This document shows positions 41,390-51,617 of a DNA stretch of 64,000 nt, one piece after another. The notes below the pieces were generated by a model. It did not search any database. It was not told the origin of the DNA and saw only the letters and a program-made list of their open reading frames with translations. The DNA comes from Promethearchaeota archaeon. GTDB taxonomy: Archaea; Asgardarchaeota; Lokiarchaeia; Sigyniarchaeales; SOKP01. Location of the stretch: the NCBI GenBank assembly GCA_048937405.1, contig JBHLNF010000005.1, positions 128,001-192,000 of the forward strand, given 5' to 3'. How positions within the stretch are numbered: the stretch's first letter is position 1; each line of letters opens with the position of its first letter. The position numbers and the translations under genes were made by a program.

Positions 41390-42141
41390 GTAAGGATCCA
41401 TTAAAACAATATTTTATTGATGCTCTTGAAAGGGTAAAATTATATCAAAAGAATGACGACCTTCAAGAAACTTGGCAGAGCTTTCATAAGGAATTAGTTA
41501 AGGCAAAATATGCTTATAATTTTTCTTGGTTGGGTGTTCCAGTCCTTCAGGCACCTCAAGACCTACAAGCGTTTCAGGAAATTATCTGGAGAATTAAACC
41601 CGATTTAATTATTGAGACAGGTATAGCATACGGGGGTTCCATTATATTTAGTGCTTCAATGTTAGCTCTTTTAGAAATGTGTGGTGAAATAGAGAAGGGA
41701 GAAGTGCTAGGAATAGATATTGAGATTCGTCCTCATAATAAAGAAGCGATTCTTGCTCATCCGATGAGCAGTAAAATCACAATGCTTGAAGGCTCAAGCA
41801 TAGATGATAGTATAATAGCAAAAACAAGAGAGTATGCAAAAGTTAAAAAAAGGATAGTTGTCATCCTAGATAGCAATCATACTCATGAACATGTTTTAGC
41901 AGAACTAAGAGCTTATGCTCCACTTGTAAGTATAGGAAGCTATTGCGTTGTAGGAGACACGGGCATCGAGGATCTACCTAATGGAACAATATCTAATCGC
42001 CCTTGGGGAAAGGGTAATAATCCAAAGACTGCTGTTTGGGAGTATCTGAAAGAAAACAATAACTTTGAGATAGATAAAAATATAGACACAAAGTTAATTC
42101 TCACGGCTTCTCCTGATGGGTATTTAAAGAGGATAAAATAA
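41386..42141 (+). CDS. CmcI (cephalosporin hydroxylase)/rhamnosyl O-methyltransferase family
   Basis: YNFSWLG, PQD, KPDLIIETGIAYGGS, LDSNHTHEHV, WGKGNNPKTAV. Confidence 0.88.
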   Translation: MSKDPLKQYFIDALERVKLYQKNDDLQETWQSFHKELVKAKYAYNFSWLGVPVLQAPQDLQAFQEIIWRIKPDLIIETGIAYGGSIIFSASMLALLEMCGEIEKGEVLGIDIEIRPHNKEAILAHPMSSKITMLEGSSIDDSIIAKTREYAKVKKRIVVILDSNHTHEHVLAELRAYAPLVSIGSYCVVGDTGIEDLPNGTISNRPWGKGNNPKTAVWEYLKENNNFEIDKNIDTKLILTASPDGYLKRIK

Positions 42142-42550
42142 CTTAACATCACTATTAAAGTATTAAATCCTAAAAATATATGAAAAAAAGTGCCTGGAAA
42201 AAAAAAGTATATTAAACAACAGAAATTATATGTTGATGAAAATTTCAGATAAATTGAATGATATAATTTAAAAGTATAAAGTAATTTTTTGAATTTGAAG
42301 TTTTGCAAGTCATTTAAAAGCTCAAAGCTGAATATTGTTAAGATTGGATTCGATTGCTTATTTCTTGATAATCATCTTAATTAAATTCCTTTTTGAAATA
42401 ATACTAAAGATATAATTACAGAATTAAATATTTATAAACCAATTTAAAAAAGAATTAAAAAAAGAAATGCTTAGATTAGATATATACAAAAGAATTTGTC
42501 AAATTTGATCAAATTGATATCATATTAAAAATAGAAAGGAGAAATTAGAA

Positions 42551-43330
42551 ATGGTCAAAAAAGAGGAAATAGTTGGTGGAAGAAATCCATTCGATATGAA
42601 AATTTGGGATAGAATAGAGAAAGTTGTAGAGGAAAAAGGACATTCTCTGAGACAAGTTTTAGAATCATTCCCGATATACGTTCGTCGTGTAAATTTGAGT
42701 AGATTTATTATGTTATATGAACTTTTTAAAAAAATTGTAGAGATCCCCGGAAGTATTGTAGAGTGTGGTGTCTTTAGAGGAAGTAGTTTACTTACTTGGG
42801 CAAAACTTCTTGAAATCTTTTGTCCTGGTGATAGAGAGAGAAGAGTTATCGGTTTTGATAATTTTGCTGGATTTACAGAGTTTGTACAACAAGATGGACC
42901 ATCACTTCCTATAAGATCTAAAGTTGTTGGAGGTTGGAGTGCTGAAGATTATTATGATGAACTTCTTAAACATCTGCAAATTTTTAAGGATGATAGTTTT
43001 TTGTCTAGAGCCCCAAATCGTATAGAATTAGTTGTGGGAAATATTGAAAAAACAGCGCATGAATATTTAAAAAATAATTCAGGTTTAAGAATTTGTCTCC
43101 TTAATATAGATTGCGATATGTATAAACCAACTAAAGCAGCATTAGATGCATTTTATCCATTAGTTATTACAGGTGGAATTATCATTTTAGATGATTATGG
43201 TGTTCCTGAATGGGCTGGGGAAAGTGCTGCTTTCGATGAATATTTTGCAGAAAAAGGGGAAAAAGCTCCAAAATTGAAGACACTTCCTTATTTTTCAGCA
43301 CCTACATCATATTTTATTAAAGGAGAATAA
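42551..43330 (+). CDS. TylF/MycF/NovP family sugar O-methyltransferase
   Basis: PGSIVECGVFRG, GFDNFAGF, IDCDMYKPT, GGIIILDDY; SD AAGGAG at 42536-42541. Confidence 0.88.
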   Translation: MVKKEEIVGGRNPFDMKIWDRIEKVVEEKGHSLRQVLESFPIYVRRVNLSRFIMLYELFKKIVEIPGSIVECGVFRGSSLLTWAKLLEIFCPGDRERRVIGFDNFAGFTEFVQQDGPSLPIRSKVVGGWSAEDYYDELLKHLQIFKDDSFLSRAPNRIELVVGNIEKTAHEYLKNNSGLRICLLNIDCDMYKPTKAALDAFYPLVITGGIIILDDYGVPEWAGESAAFDEYFAEKGEKAPKLKTLPYFSAPTSYFIKGE

Positions 43331-43382
43331 ATATTATATTTTCAATTAAGGCTATGTTAAAAATTATTCCGGTTTTTTAAAA

Positions 43383-44549
43383 ATGTGCAAAGAAAAAGTG
43401 AATTATACCTTGAAAGGCAAAATTACTTTGATTATACCAACTCATAATAGACATGATCATTTAGACAGAATTTTAAATTACTACAAAACTTTTGATATAA
43501 GAAAATTGATTGCTGATTCTTCAAAAGAAGAATATGGTAATAAAAATAAATATGATATAGAGTATTTTCATTACCCAGACGTCCCTATTTTAGTAAAAAT
43601 TGCTGACATTGTCAAAAAGGTTAAAACGCCATATGTTTTTATGTGTGCTGATGATGATTTTATAGTTCCAGAGAGTATTAAGAAGTGTATAGATTTTTTA
43701 GAAAATCATCCTGATTATTCCTCTGTACAGGGACGCTATATCAAGTTTATCCCTATTGAAGGTGATGTTTTATTTAAACCCACATACTTACATTGTATTA
43801 ACTATCATATTGATGCTGAAGATCCTGTGAGTAGGATGAAGCAACATATGTCTTTATTCATGCATGTAATTTATTCAATCCATAAAACTGAAAGTTTTCA
43901 ACAAGTTTACAGTTTATTAAAGAATTTTTCAATCGAAAAGGTAGGAAGATTAGTTGAAATAGCTGCTTGTCTAATTATAGTTATAAATGGAAAACATAAA
44001 ATGATTCCCGTTTTTTATAGTGGAAGAGAATCAAACCCATATTCTATGGGGGCTACTCATGAAGTATTCGAGAACATAATAAATAATCCTGAATTTTCTA
44101 GTCAGTATCAAGCATTTATTAAATTAATATCAACCCATCTTTCAAAAAGTCAAGGATTTGATATCGATGAAGCAAAAATCTATGTATTAGAGGCAATTGA
44201 TAATTATATAAATAAATTTTTGCCATATTTCAAGAAATTTCAATCAGGCGAATATGAAAAAATAAAAGGAATAAAACTCTATTTACATAGATTAAAAAAG
44301 TTAATTTATCAATCCCTTGAAATATTTTTTCCACACACATTTAAAATACTAAGAAATCGGGAATTTTTTCGAAGATATGCTTATATTTTCCTTAAAAATT
44401 ATAATGAAATATTTAAAATTAGAAGATTCGTTTTGACTTATCCAATTAAAACTCAAGATGCTTTCATAAATCAAAAAATCAATTTTAAGAATTTTATATC
44501 CTTTTCATTTTGGAAAGGTCTTATTAATTCATATTTAATTAATCAATAA
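43383..44549 (+). CDS. GT-A glycosyltransferase, TIGR00180-like
   Basis: IIPTHNR, IADSS, VKTPYVFMCADDDF. Confidence 0.78.
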   Translation: MCKEKVNYTLKGKITLIIPTHNRHDHLDRILNYYKTFDIRKLIADSSKEEYGNKNKYDIEYFHYPDVPILVKIADIVKKVKTPYVFMCADDDFIVPESIKKCIDFLENHPDYSSVQGRYIKFIPIEGDVLFKPTYLHCINYHIDAEDPVSRMKQHMSLFMHVIYSIHKTESFQQVYSLLKNFSIEKVGRLVEIAACLIIVINGKHKMIPVFYSGRESNPYSMGATHEVFENIINNPEFSSQYQAFIKLISTHLSKSQGFDIDEAKIYVLEAIDNYINKFLPYFKKFQSGEYEKIKGIKLYLHRLKKLIYQSLEIFFPHTFKILRNREFFRRYAYIFLKNYNEIFKIRRFVLTYPIKTQDAFINQKINFKNFISFSFWKGLINSYLINQ

Positions 44550-44671
44550 ATATTCCATTGAATATGAGGAGATTTGACCTTAGATAAAATTCCCCGTGAA
44601 ATTGCATACAACATTTTAAATACATTGATTAAAGAATTTAACGGTTTTAATATTTAGGATTGCGGTGAAAT

Positions 44672-45598
44672 TTATTTGTTATAAATTAGTTTTACGAATA
44701 AATCTTCGAGTGAATATTCAATTTCTTTTATTTTTGTAATCTTATATTTTCCTAAAATAGATAGTATCTCTTGGTAATAATCTCGATCTTTGATATGGAT
44801 CTCAAGTCCTTTATTATTTCCATTAATTTCTTTAATAAAGGCTTGTTGTTCTAATTCATTTTTTAATTGATCTTTATTTCTATTTATTTCTACTTCTATT
44901 GCTATATCTACTCGTTCAAGTTTCTGAATATCTTCCTTAGTTCCAATTTTAATAAGATTTCCATTATTAATAAAGGCAATTCTATCACACACTTTTTCAA
45001 CTACTTTCATATCATGACTCGTAATAAATATTGTGCTGTCAGAATTTTTTATTCTATCAACTATGAATGATTTGGTTTGTACATCTAGACCCGCTGTTGG
45101 TTCATCTAAGAAAAGAATCTTGCGATCTAATAACATTGTTCTAAGTAAAGCGAGTTTCATCATCATACCGCTTGAAAAATTCTCAACATATTGGTTAATC
45201 CATTTTTTTAAACCAAATTCTTCAGCCATTCTAAATATTTTTTCTTTATAGTTATGGATTTTATATATTCTGCAAAAAAATTTCAAATTATCATAAGCAG
45301 TAATCCTGTAATACAACATCTTGAATCCTAACATCAGTGCTATTTTTTGTTTTGCTAGAATAGGATTTTTAATTATGTCATGTCCATCAATGACAGCATA
45401 ACCCCCTGTAGGTTGTATTAATGTCGTTAGAATTTGAATAAAGGTCGTTTTCCCAGCTCCATTTGGTCCTAATAATCCAAATATCTCTCCTTCTTTTATT
45501 GAAAGATTAACATTATTTAATGCTTCGATATCTTTGTTTTTATCTCTTAATTTATAAATCTTAGTTAAATTGAAAGTTTCGATTATATTTTTTGTCAT
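44672..45598 (-). CDS. ABC-2 type exporter, ATP-binding subunit
   Basis: Walker A GPNGAGKT, signature FSSGM, LFLDEPT, TSHDM. Confidence 0.93.
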   Translation of the reverse strand: MTKNIIETFNLTKIYKLRDKNKDIEALNNVNLSIKEGEIFGLLGPNGAGKTTFIQILTTLIQPTGGYAVIDGHDIIKNPILAKQKIALMLGFKMLYYRITAYDNLKFFCRIYKIHNYKEKIFRMAEEFGLKKWINQYVENFSSGMMMKLALLRTMLLDRKILFLDEPTAGLDVQTKSFIVDRIKNSDSTIFITSHDMKVVEKVCDRIAFINNGNLIKIGTKEDIQKLERVDIAIEVEINRNKDQLKNELEQQAFIKEINGNNKGLEIHIKDRDYYQEILSILGKYKITKIKEIEYSLEDLFVKLIYNK

Positions 45599-45603
45599 TT
45601 TGG

Positions 45604-46425
45604 TTAATATCCTACTATACCGTATTTTTTATAAATTAGATTAAATATAAGAACTCCAATACTCGGGAGAATTATAGCACTTATAATCAAGACAATAAAA
45701 TTAGGATAATGAGATGTAAAAGTTATTATAATATCATTTTCAATCCATGTTAATCGCAAAATATCAAAGATATAATATAAAGGATTTAAATTAATTATAT
45801 TTTGAATTAGTCCAGGAAACAGTTCAAATGGATAGGAAATACAACTAAACCAAAAGACAAATGTAAGTAAAAAAGATAATAAAGACCAAAGATTTTCTCT
45901 AGAGATGGCAAATATACCAAATATCAGTCCTATTCCCCCAAATATAAGTACAATGAGGAGATATATAGCAATAACAAGTAAAAAAGTTAAAAAGTTTATT
46001 GGGAAAAAAACATAACTTAAAATTAAAAAAGCTGTAAACGGTATAGCCATCACTATCAAATATGAAAGAGCAATTCCGAATAATAGATTAAATCTATTAA
46101 ATGGGGCAATTATCATTGCGGGAAGTGTTTGCCAGAATTTTTCCTGACGAAATTGAGATGGAAACATGCCGATAATTTTTTGTAATAATAATATAGTATA
46201 TGATATAAAAATAAATATAAGATAATTACTTGAATTCCATGGACCAAATCTTAAATTATTTTCAAATAATTTTCCCAATATAATAATTGGTAAAAATATT
46301 GAAATAATAGGGGTGACGAGAGAAAAAATCAAAGCAAGTTTGAATCTTAATTGCAATTTTATATTTTTATCTACAATTGCATAAATTTGATAAAAATTAT
46401 CTTTAATTGTGCCAAGTTTTTTCAT
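45604..46425 (-). CDS. ABC-2 type exporter, permease
   Basis: About 6 TM segments, YP..L...NPLYY; directly upstream of the ATPase. Confidence 0.85.
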   Translation of the reverse strand: MKKLGTIKDNFYQIYAIVDKNIKLQLRFKLALIFSLVTPIISIFLPIIILGKLFENNLRFGPWNSSNYLIFIFISYTILLLQKIIGMFPSQFRQEKFWQTLPAMIIAPFNRFNLLFGIALSYLIVMAIPFTAFLILSYVFFPINFLTFLLVIAIYLLIVLIFGGIGLIFGIFAISRENLWSLLSFLLTFVFWFSCISYPFELFPGLIQNIINLNPLYYIFDILRLTWIENDIIITFTSHYPNFIVLIISAIILPSIGVLIFNLIYKKYGIVGY

Positions 46426-46757
46426 TTCTTACCGTTTTTTTGCTTATCTTTAATTCTATTAATATTATATTGTTTCAGTTATTGATATTTCCTTTTTTAG
46501 CACTACGATTAATATTAGTAAATGTGTAAAATCTGTAATCTAATAAAAAATTTCGGTTTTAAGTAGATATAAATTTCAACATGTAGTTGATAGTCTTACA
46601 AAAATATATGTGACTCTTATTAAAATAAATTTTGAAAAGAATTAGTTAAATAATTCAACTTGATTTTAATTTATAATTATATTTTATAGGATGATTTTTC
46701 AGTGATTTATTTAATTTCTCTCGTACTTCTTTTTGAAATGTTATCTCTCAATTATAG

Positions 46758-47108
46758 TTATAGTTTTAATTTCTAATTCTGTATTCGACTTTTATAACTT
46801 TTAGTATGTCCTAAATAGTAAAAATAAAGAATATTGATTGTATTTATATCTAATGGATTACTTGCTATTACTTCAGATTTAATTTTTAAAAATGTTTCCT
46901 AGCCCATACATTGTTTATTATCTTTAATTTCATCTATAATTAACATCTATTGAATATCTGTTAAGACAAAGAGTGATGGTTCTAAATTCTTCCACTTTTC
47001 ATTACACTAATTTGATAATTTACCCAATCTTCGATTTTGTGGATCTACCAATCTTTCCCACCAACTCAATACAAGCACTGAAATTGATACTGTTTTTATA
47101 ACAATCAT
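46758..47108 (-). pseudogene. Cryptic or relic ORF interrupted only by four TAG codons; possible ribbon-helix-helix-like N-terminus
   Basis: ATG 47108 to TAA 46758 is 116 codons with TAG at codons 34, 54, 70 and 112 and no TAA/TGA. Reads MIVIKTVSISVLVLSWWERLVDPQNRRLGKLSN*CNEKWKNLEP... Confidence 0.45.
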
Positions 47109-47205
47109 AAGATTTGTAACAATGAAAATGTTGAAAAAATCCAAAAAATTATAAATTTTTTATCATGAAATAAATTAAAAAGAGATTTTTTCATTTAGGC
47201 TAAAA

Positions 47206-49497
47206 ATGTCGTATTTTGTAGATGGATACTATACAATTTCTTTTTTTTTCTTTATTTTATATTTTGTTGTTATCTCGATTTTTGGGTATTCGATTTTTTC
47301 GATTTTAAATAAAGAGGGAGTTAAGAAGAATTTTACAATATCCTCTATTTTAAAATACTTTACATTAGGATTAATCACCCATTTGGTTTATTCTATGATT
47401 ATTGTTTCTTTTCAAATTTTTAACTTTTTCTCAGTATATTTACCTTTCATAATATGTGATGTGTGTTTTTTAACATTTTCAGTAAAGAAAAATTTTAAAT
47501 TGAAAATTCAAGATTTTGATTGGCGTAAGGTTTCCTTTTTATTTAAGCGAAATATAACGTCTTTTCTAATATTAATAATAATATTCTTTATGCAATATAC
47601 ATTAATGATGTTTTTTATTTGGAATCGCTTAGCTTTTCCCTCCAGTGATCCTTACGCTTGGTTTAGAAATGTATGGTTTGTTCATAATAACGGGGCAATA
47701 AATTATAATTCTATTGAAGGTTATCCTCCTGGTTATATATTATTTGGTGCAAGTATGATATCTCTGACAAATGATTATTATACAATTTATTTTTTTTGTA
47801 AATATTTACCAATATTTCTATCATCGATAAATTTACTCGTTTTATTCGCAATATCGAAAAATCTTTTTAAAAAAAAAATTTACGTGTTTTTTACTTTATC
47901 GATGTATTTAAGTGTAAATTACTTGTTCTATCGCTATGAAATGTTTATACCATCCACTTTAGCTACTACTTTAGGATTTTTATTTCTATTATTTTTAAGA
48001 GATGGTTCAATTGTGCAAAGGGTATTAAATGATCTAAGTCCAAGTAAAAATTCAGTAAATACTCTAAAAAAAAGTGAATTTTTATTTAGAGGCGCAATAA
48101 TTTCAGGAATTATTATGATACATGCGTTATATGGATTGTTTTATTTATGCTTTTACCTTCTTTATGAATTTTATTTGTTTATTGTATTATTAAAATCTAA
48201 TAGAAAAATCCTAAATTCAAAATCTTTTTTTACAATCAAATTTTTAAAATATTTCTCATCTTTCTTTTTAATTATTGTTTTTATGCTATTACCATGGTAT
48301 ATAGGAACATCAATATATTTGGATTATCCTTTATATCAAGCATTCACCTATTACATATCATCCCTTAATTCGTTTCAATCTCCATCTTTTATTAATAAAT
48401 TGGGAAGATTTTTTTATGAATTAGCAAGCTTTATTTTTGATAATACAGCATATAGAGATCTTGATAACTTTTTTCATAATGACATCATGTATTTTTTTAA
48501 CTTTCAGAATAGTCTTCATTTCTATATTAATACTATTGGAACTGGAATAATACTAATTGTTATCGGGATTTTCCTTCCATTTAAAAAATTCTTTAATTTA
48601 GATGAAAAGCAAAAAAATCTTGTAAGGTTCGTTAAATTTACATTTATTCTTTCGCTTTTATTATATTTAATAAATGACTTAATTAACTTCAAAAAAATAC
48701 CATTTACATCTAGATTAAATTATTTTCTTAGTGTTTATCTTAGGAGGGTATTTGAATTATTTGCTGGATATTGGGTCATATTATTTGTGTTAGCGTTTAA
48801 TTTTATTATTTTATATTTTTCAAGATTATTCCTCAAAACGAAATATATAAGGAAGATCACTAAAAATGATTCAATAGATAAGTTTTTCAGTATATCTTTT
48901 TTAAAAAAAAATTTTAAAAAAGTGAAATTTACCAGCAAAATTTTAAAAAATAATTCCGTTGCTCGTACTTTAAATTTCAAATTAATTAAAAGATCATTAA
49001 ATAGATTAAAATCGATTAAAAAGATTTCTAAAAAGAAATTTATTAGAAAAATTCTTGGAATCCCTGTTATAATCGTTGGAATTTTTATAAGTGGGTTCTA
49101 TTATACGATAAACTATAGAAGAATTTATTATCTAAACCATTTTTCTGATGATTATGCTAAAGCAGTTTTATTTGCTGGTAATTATTTTAATAAAAATCCA
49201 CTCGAAGAAGAGACCACGATTGTTGTTGAATTGGTAGAATCTAAAAAGTTTATCTACAAATTATTAGTATCTGATAATTTGAATAAAAGATATTACACTT
49301 TTTATGATTATAATGAAACTCATTTTCTAAATTATACAGACTATATTGAATTTAAAGAATATATAGAATTGATGAATGCTTCATATGTATTATTAAATGT
49401 TGTATTTACTGACGTGGATTTTCAATCTAATTTATATTCGGATATAAATCTTTTATATAGAAACAGGGGATTTTGGATTTTTGGGGAAATTCTATAA
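47206..49497 (+). CDS. Large multi-pass membrane protein, GT-C-like
   Basis: More than 12 hydrophobic segments; loop FPSSDPYAWF...GYPPGY; Lys-rich loop; C-terminal domain with NET/NYT/NAS sequons. Confidence 0.7.
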   Translation: MSYFVDGYYTISFFFFILYFVVISIFGYSIFSILNKEGVKKNFTISSILKYFTLGLITHLVYSMIIVSFQIFNFFSVYLPFIICDVCFLTFSVKKNFKLKIQDFDWRKVSFLFKRNITSFLILIIIFFMQYTLMMFFIWNRLAFPSSDPYAWFRNVWFVHNNGAINYNSIEGYPPGYILFGASMISLTNDYYTIYFFCKYLPIFLSSINLLVLFAISKNLFKKKIYVFFTLSMYLSVNYLFYRYEMFIPSTLATTLGFLFLLFLRDGSIVQRVLNDLSPSKNSVNTLKKSEFLFRGAIISGIIMIHALYGLFYLCFYLLYEFYLFIVLLKSNRKILNSKSFFTIKFLKYFSSFFLIIVFMLLPWYIGTSIYLDYPLYQAFTYYISSLNSFQSPSFINKLGRFFYELASFIFDNTAYRDLDNFFHNDIMYFFNFQNSLHFYINTIGTGIILIVIGIFLPFKKFFNLDEKQKNLVRFVKFTFILSLLLYLINDLINFKKIPFTSRLNYFLSVYLRRVFELFAGYWVILFVLAFNFIILYFSRLFLKTKYIRKITKNDSIDKFFSISFLKKNFKKVKFTSKILKNNSVARTLNFKLIKRSLNRLKSIKKISKKKFIRKILGIPVIIVGIFISGFYYTINYRRIYYLNHFSDDYAKAVLFAGNYFNKNPLEEETTIVVELVESKKFIYKLLVSDNLNKRYYTFYDYNETHFLNYTDYIEFKEYIELMNASYVLLNVVFTDVDFQSNLYSDINLLYRNRGFWIFGEIL

Positions 49498-49531
49498 TTA
49501 AAACAGGTAAAAACAGTAAAATTTTAGCTGT

Positions 49532-50386
49532 TTAAGAAAATATTTTCTTATTTTTAATTTTTCTATAAAAGTAATCAATGATTTTCTTAAGAATCAAATT
49601 GTTTATGTCTAATCTAAATTTTTTTAAAATATAATATATAATACATGAAGAGATGGATCTTATAATCTTAATAAGGTTTACATAAGATGTCCCATAAGTT
49701 CTTGGGTCTACTGAGATTGGGATTTCTATAATTCTAAAGTTATGAAATGCTACTTTAAATAATAGTTCAGTTGAAAAACCCATATCTGTATAACGCATTT
49801 TTCTTAAAACAGTTTTAATATCTTTTCTAAAAGCTCTAAAACCACATTGATTATCATAAATTTCTTGAAGAAATAATAATTTTAAAAAAATATGAATAAA
49901 ATAACCCCCCACTTTAGCATAAAGAGGCATTTTATAATTACATTGACCCAAGTATCTTGATCCAACAACCAAATCCGCTTTATCATCAATAATTGGTTTT
50001 ATTAAGTTAGCAATTTCTTCAGGATTATGTTGTCCATCTGAATCTAATGTAATAATTATATCTCCAGTTGCATGTTTCATACCAGTTATTACTGCTGCTC
50101 CATAACCTTGATTTTCTTTATGTTTCACAATTTTTATATCCATATTCTCGATTTCTTTTACTCTTTCTACACTTTTATCAGTTGAACCATCATCAACTAG
50201 AATAACTTCACACTGGTGATGATTAGGTATTCTTTCAATAACATTTTTGATAGTATTTTCTTCATTGAAAAGTGGAATTATGACTGAAATTTTATGTAAT
50301 TCCCTATAATTAACTTTCTTGTCACTATTGTTGAGATTATAATTTTTTAGATTACTCTTTTCTACAGAAATTGGCGTCGTGTTCAT
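49532..50386 (-). CDS. GT2 polyprenol-phosphate glycosyltransferase (DPM1-like)
   Basis: IIPLFNEE, VDDGSTD, NQGYG, LDSDGQH, GSRY, QCGFRAF. Confidence 0.92.
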   Translation of the reverse strand: MNTTPISVEKSNLKNYNLNNSDKKVNYRELHKISVIIPLFNEENTIKNVIERIPNHHQCEVILVDDGSTDKSVERVKEIENMDIKIVKHKENQGYGAAVITGMKHATGDIIITLDSDGQHNPEEIANLIKPIIDDKADLVVGSRYLGQCNYKMPLYAKVGGYFIHIFLKLLFLQEIYDNQCGFRAFRKDIKTVLRKMRYTDMGFSTELLFKVAFHNFRIIEIPISVDPRTYGTSYVNLIKIIRSISSCIIYYILKKFRLDINNLILKKIIDYFYRKIKNKKIFS

Positions 50387-50593
50387 TTTTTTAACAACAT
50401 TTAATCATTTTTAAGTAAAGTCAATTATTTGTCTTGTTATTGATATAATTTAATTACAGTTAAATATTAAAATTTTATTATATTTTTAATAAAATTAATT
50501 ATATATTAATTTCTCCATTAGAAAAATCCAATTTAGGTTTGATAAGTATTGCATAAGATGCTAAATGAAGAACGGTTATTTTTAAGATCAAAT

Positions 50594-51451
50594 TCAAAAA
50601 ATCTTAATATCTCTAGCTCTTTTATAAAAAAAATTAATGATTTTCTTAAGAAATGAATTTTTTAAGCTCAATTTTAATTTTTTTAGTAAATAAAATAAAA
50701 TACATGAACTAACTGATATAATAATCTTAATTAGATTTACATAAGAGGTTCCAAATAATCTAGAGTTTACTGAAATAGAAATTTCAATAATTCTGTATTT
50801 ATTATATGCTGCTTTAAACAAGATTTCAGTGGAAAATCCCATACCAAGATGTCGTATATTTTTAATTATTTTATAGGTATCTTTTTTATAAGCTCTAAAT
50901 CCACATTGGCTATCATAAACTTTTTGGAGATATAATATCCATAAAAAGAGATTTATGACATAACTTCCTACACGGCATATAAAGGCATCCTATAATGATA
51001 CGTTCTTAGAAATCTAGAACCAACAACAATATCGGCTTTATTTTCGATAAGATGTTTAATTAAATTAGAAATTTCTTCTGGATTATGTTGTCCATCTGAA
51101 TCTAATGTTATAATTATATTTCCAGTAGCATTTTCAAAACCAGATAAGATTACTGCTCCATAACCTTGGTTTGATTGATGCTTAATTATTTTATTGTCTT
51201 TATCTTTTACCTCTTTAACTTTTTCAATACTTTTATCAGTTGAACCATCATCTACTATAATAATTTCATATTGATAATGATTTGAGATTCTATCTAAAAT
51301 AGTTTTGATAATATTCTGTTCGTTATAAACAGGATTATTATGGAAATTAAAGCCTCCTTTTTTTTATATTCTTTAAAATGATAAAAATAATTATTGAGTT
51401 AAAGTTATGAGTTTTAGAGTAATCATCTAAAAAATTTTGATTCGCTCTCAT
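50594..51451 (-). pseudogene. Frameshifted DPM1-like GT2 (tandem paralog of 49532)
   Basis: Reconstructs as ISII[fs]PVYNEQ..VDDGSTD..LDSDGQH..MPLYA[fs]VGSY..QCGFRAY..MGFSTEIL. -1 shifts at ~51333 and ~50974, probably also ~51394. ATG 51451 is in frame with the final segment. Confidence 0.85.
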
Positions 51452-51617
51452 AATTAAAGTTAATATTTATATTACTATAACTAAAATTAATAATCTTATT
51501 GATAAACTTTTCCCAAATTGTTGATCAAATATTTACTCACATGAAATAAAAAATTAATATTCCATTATTTGCGTTTATACAGGCTTAAAAGAGTAATAAA
51601 AAAGGTTAATTTCTTAT

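Noticed and set aside
41940-42308. 122-aa minus-strand ORF reaching into the 42142-42550 gap
   Set aside because: About half is antisense to the CmcI gene, the rest is low-complexity AT-rich text; no motif.
44672-46425. Wzm/Wzt polysaccharide exporter call
   Set aside because: The ATPase looks like the generic drug-exporter ABC-2 type (GEIFGLLGPNGAGKTT, DEPT.GLD) with no carbohydrate-binding domain; substrate unknown.
47206-49497. Calling this protein (or 1-2413) the oligosaccharyltransferase AglB
   Set aside because: No WWDYG motif; only general GT-C-like features.
50594-50842. 82-aa ORF as a standalone gene
   Set aside because: It is the C-terminal fragment of the frameshifted GT2.
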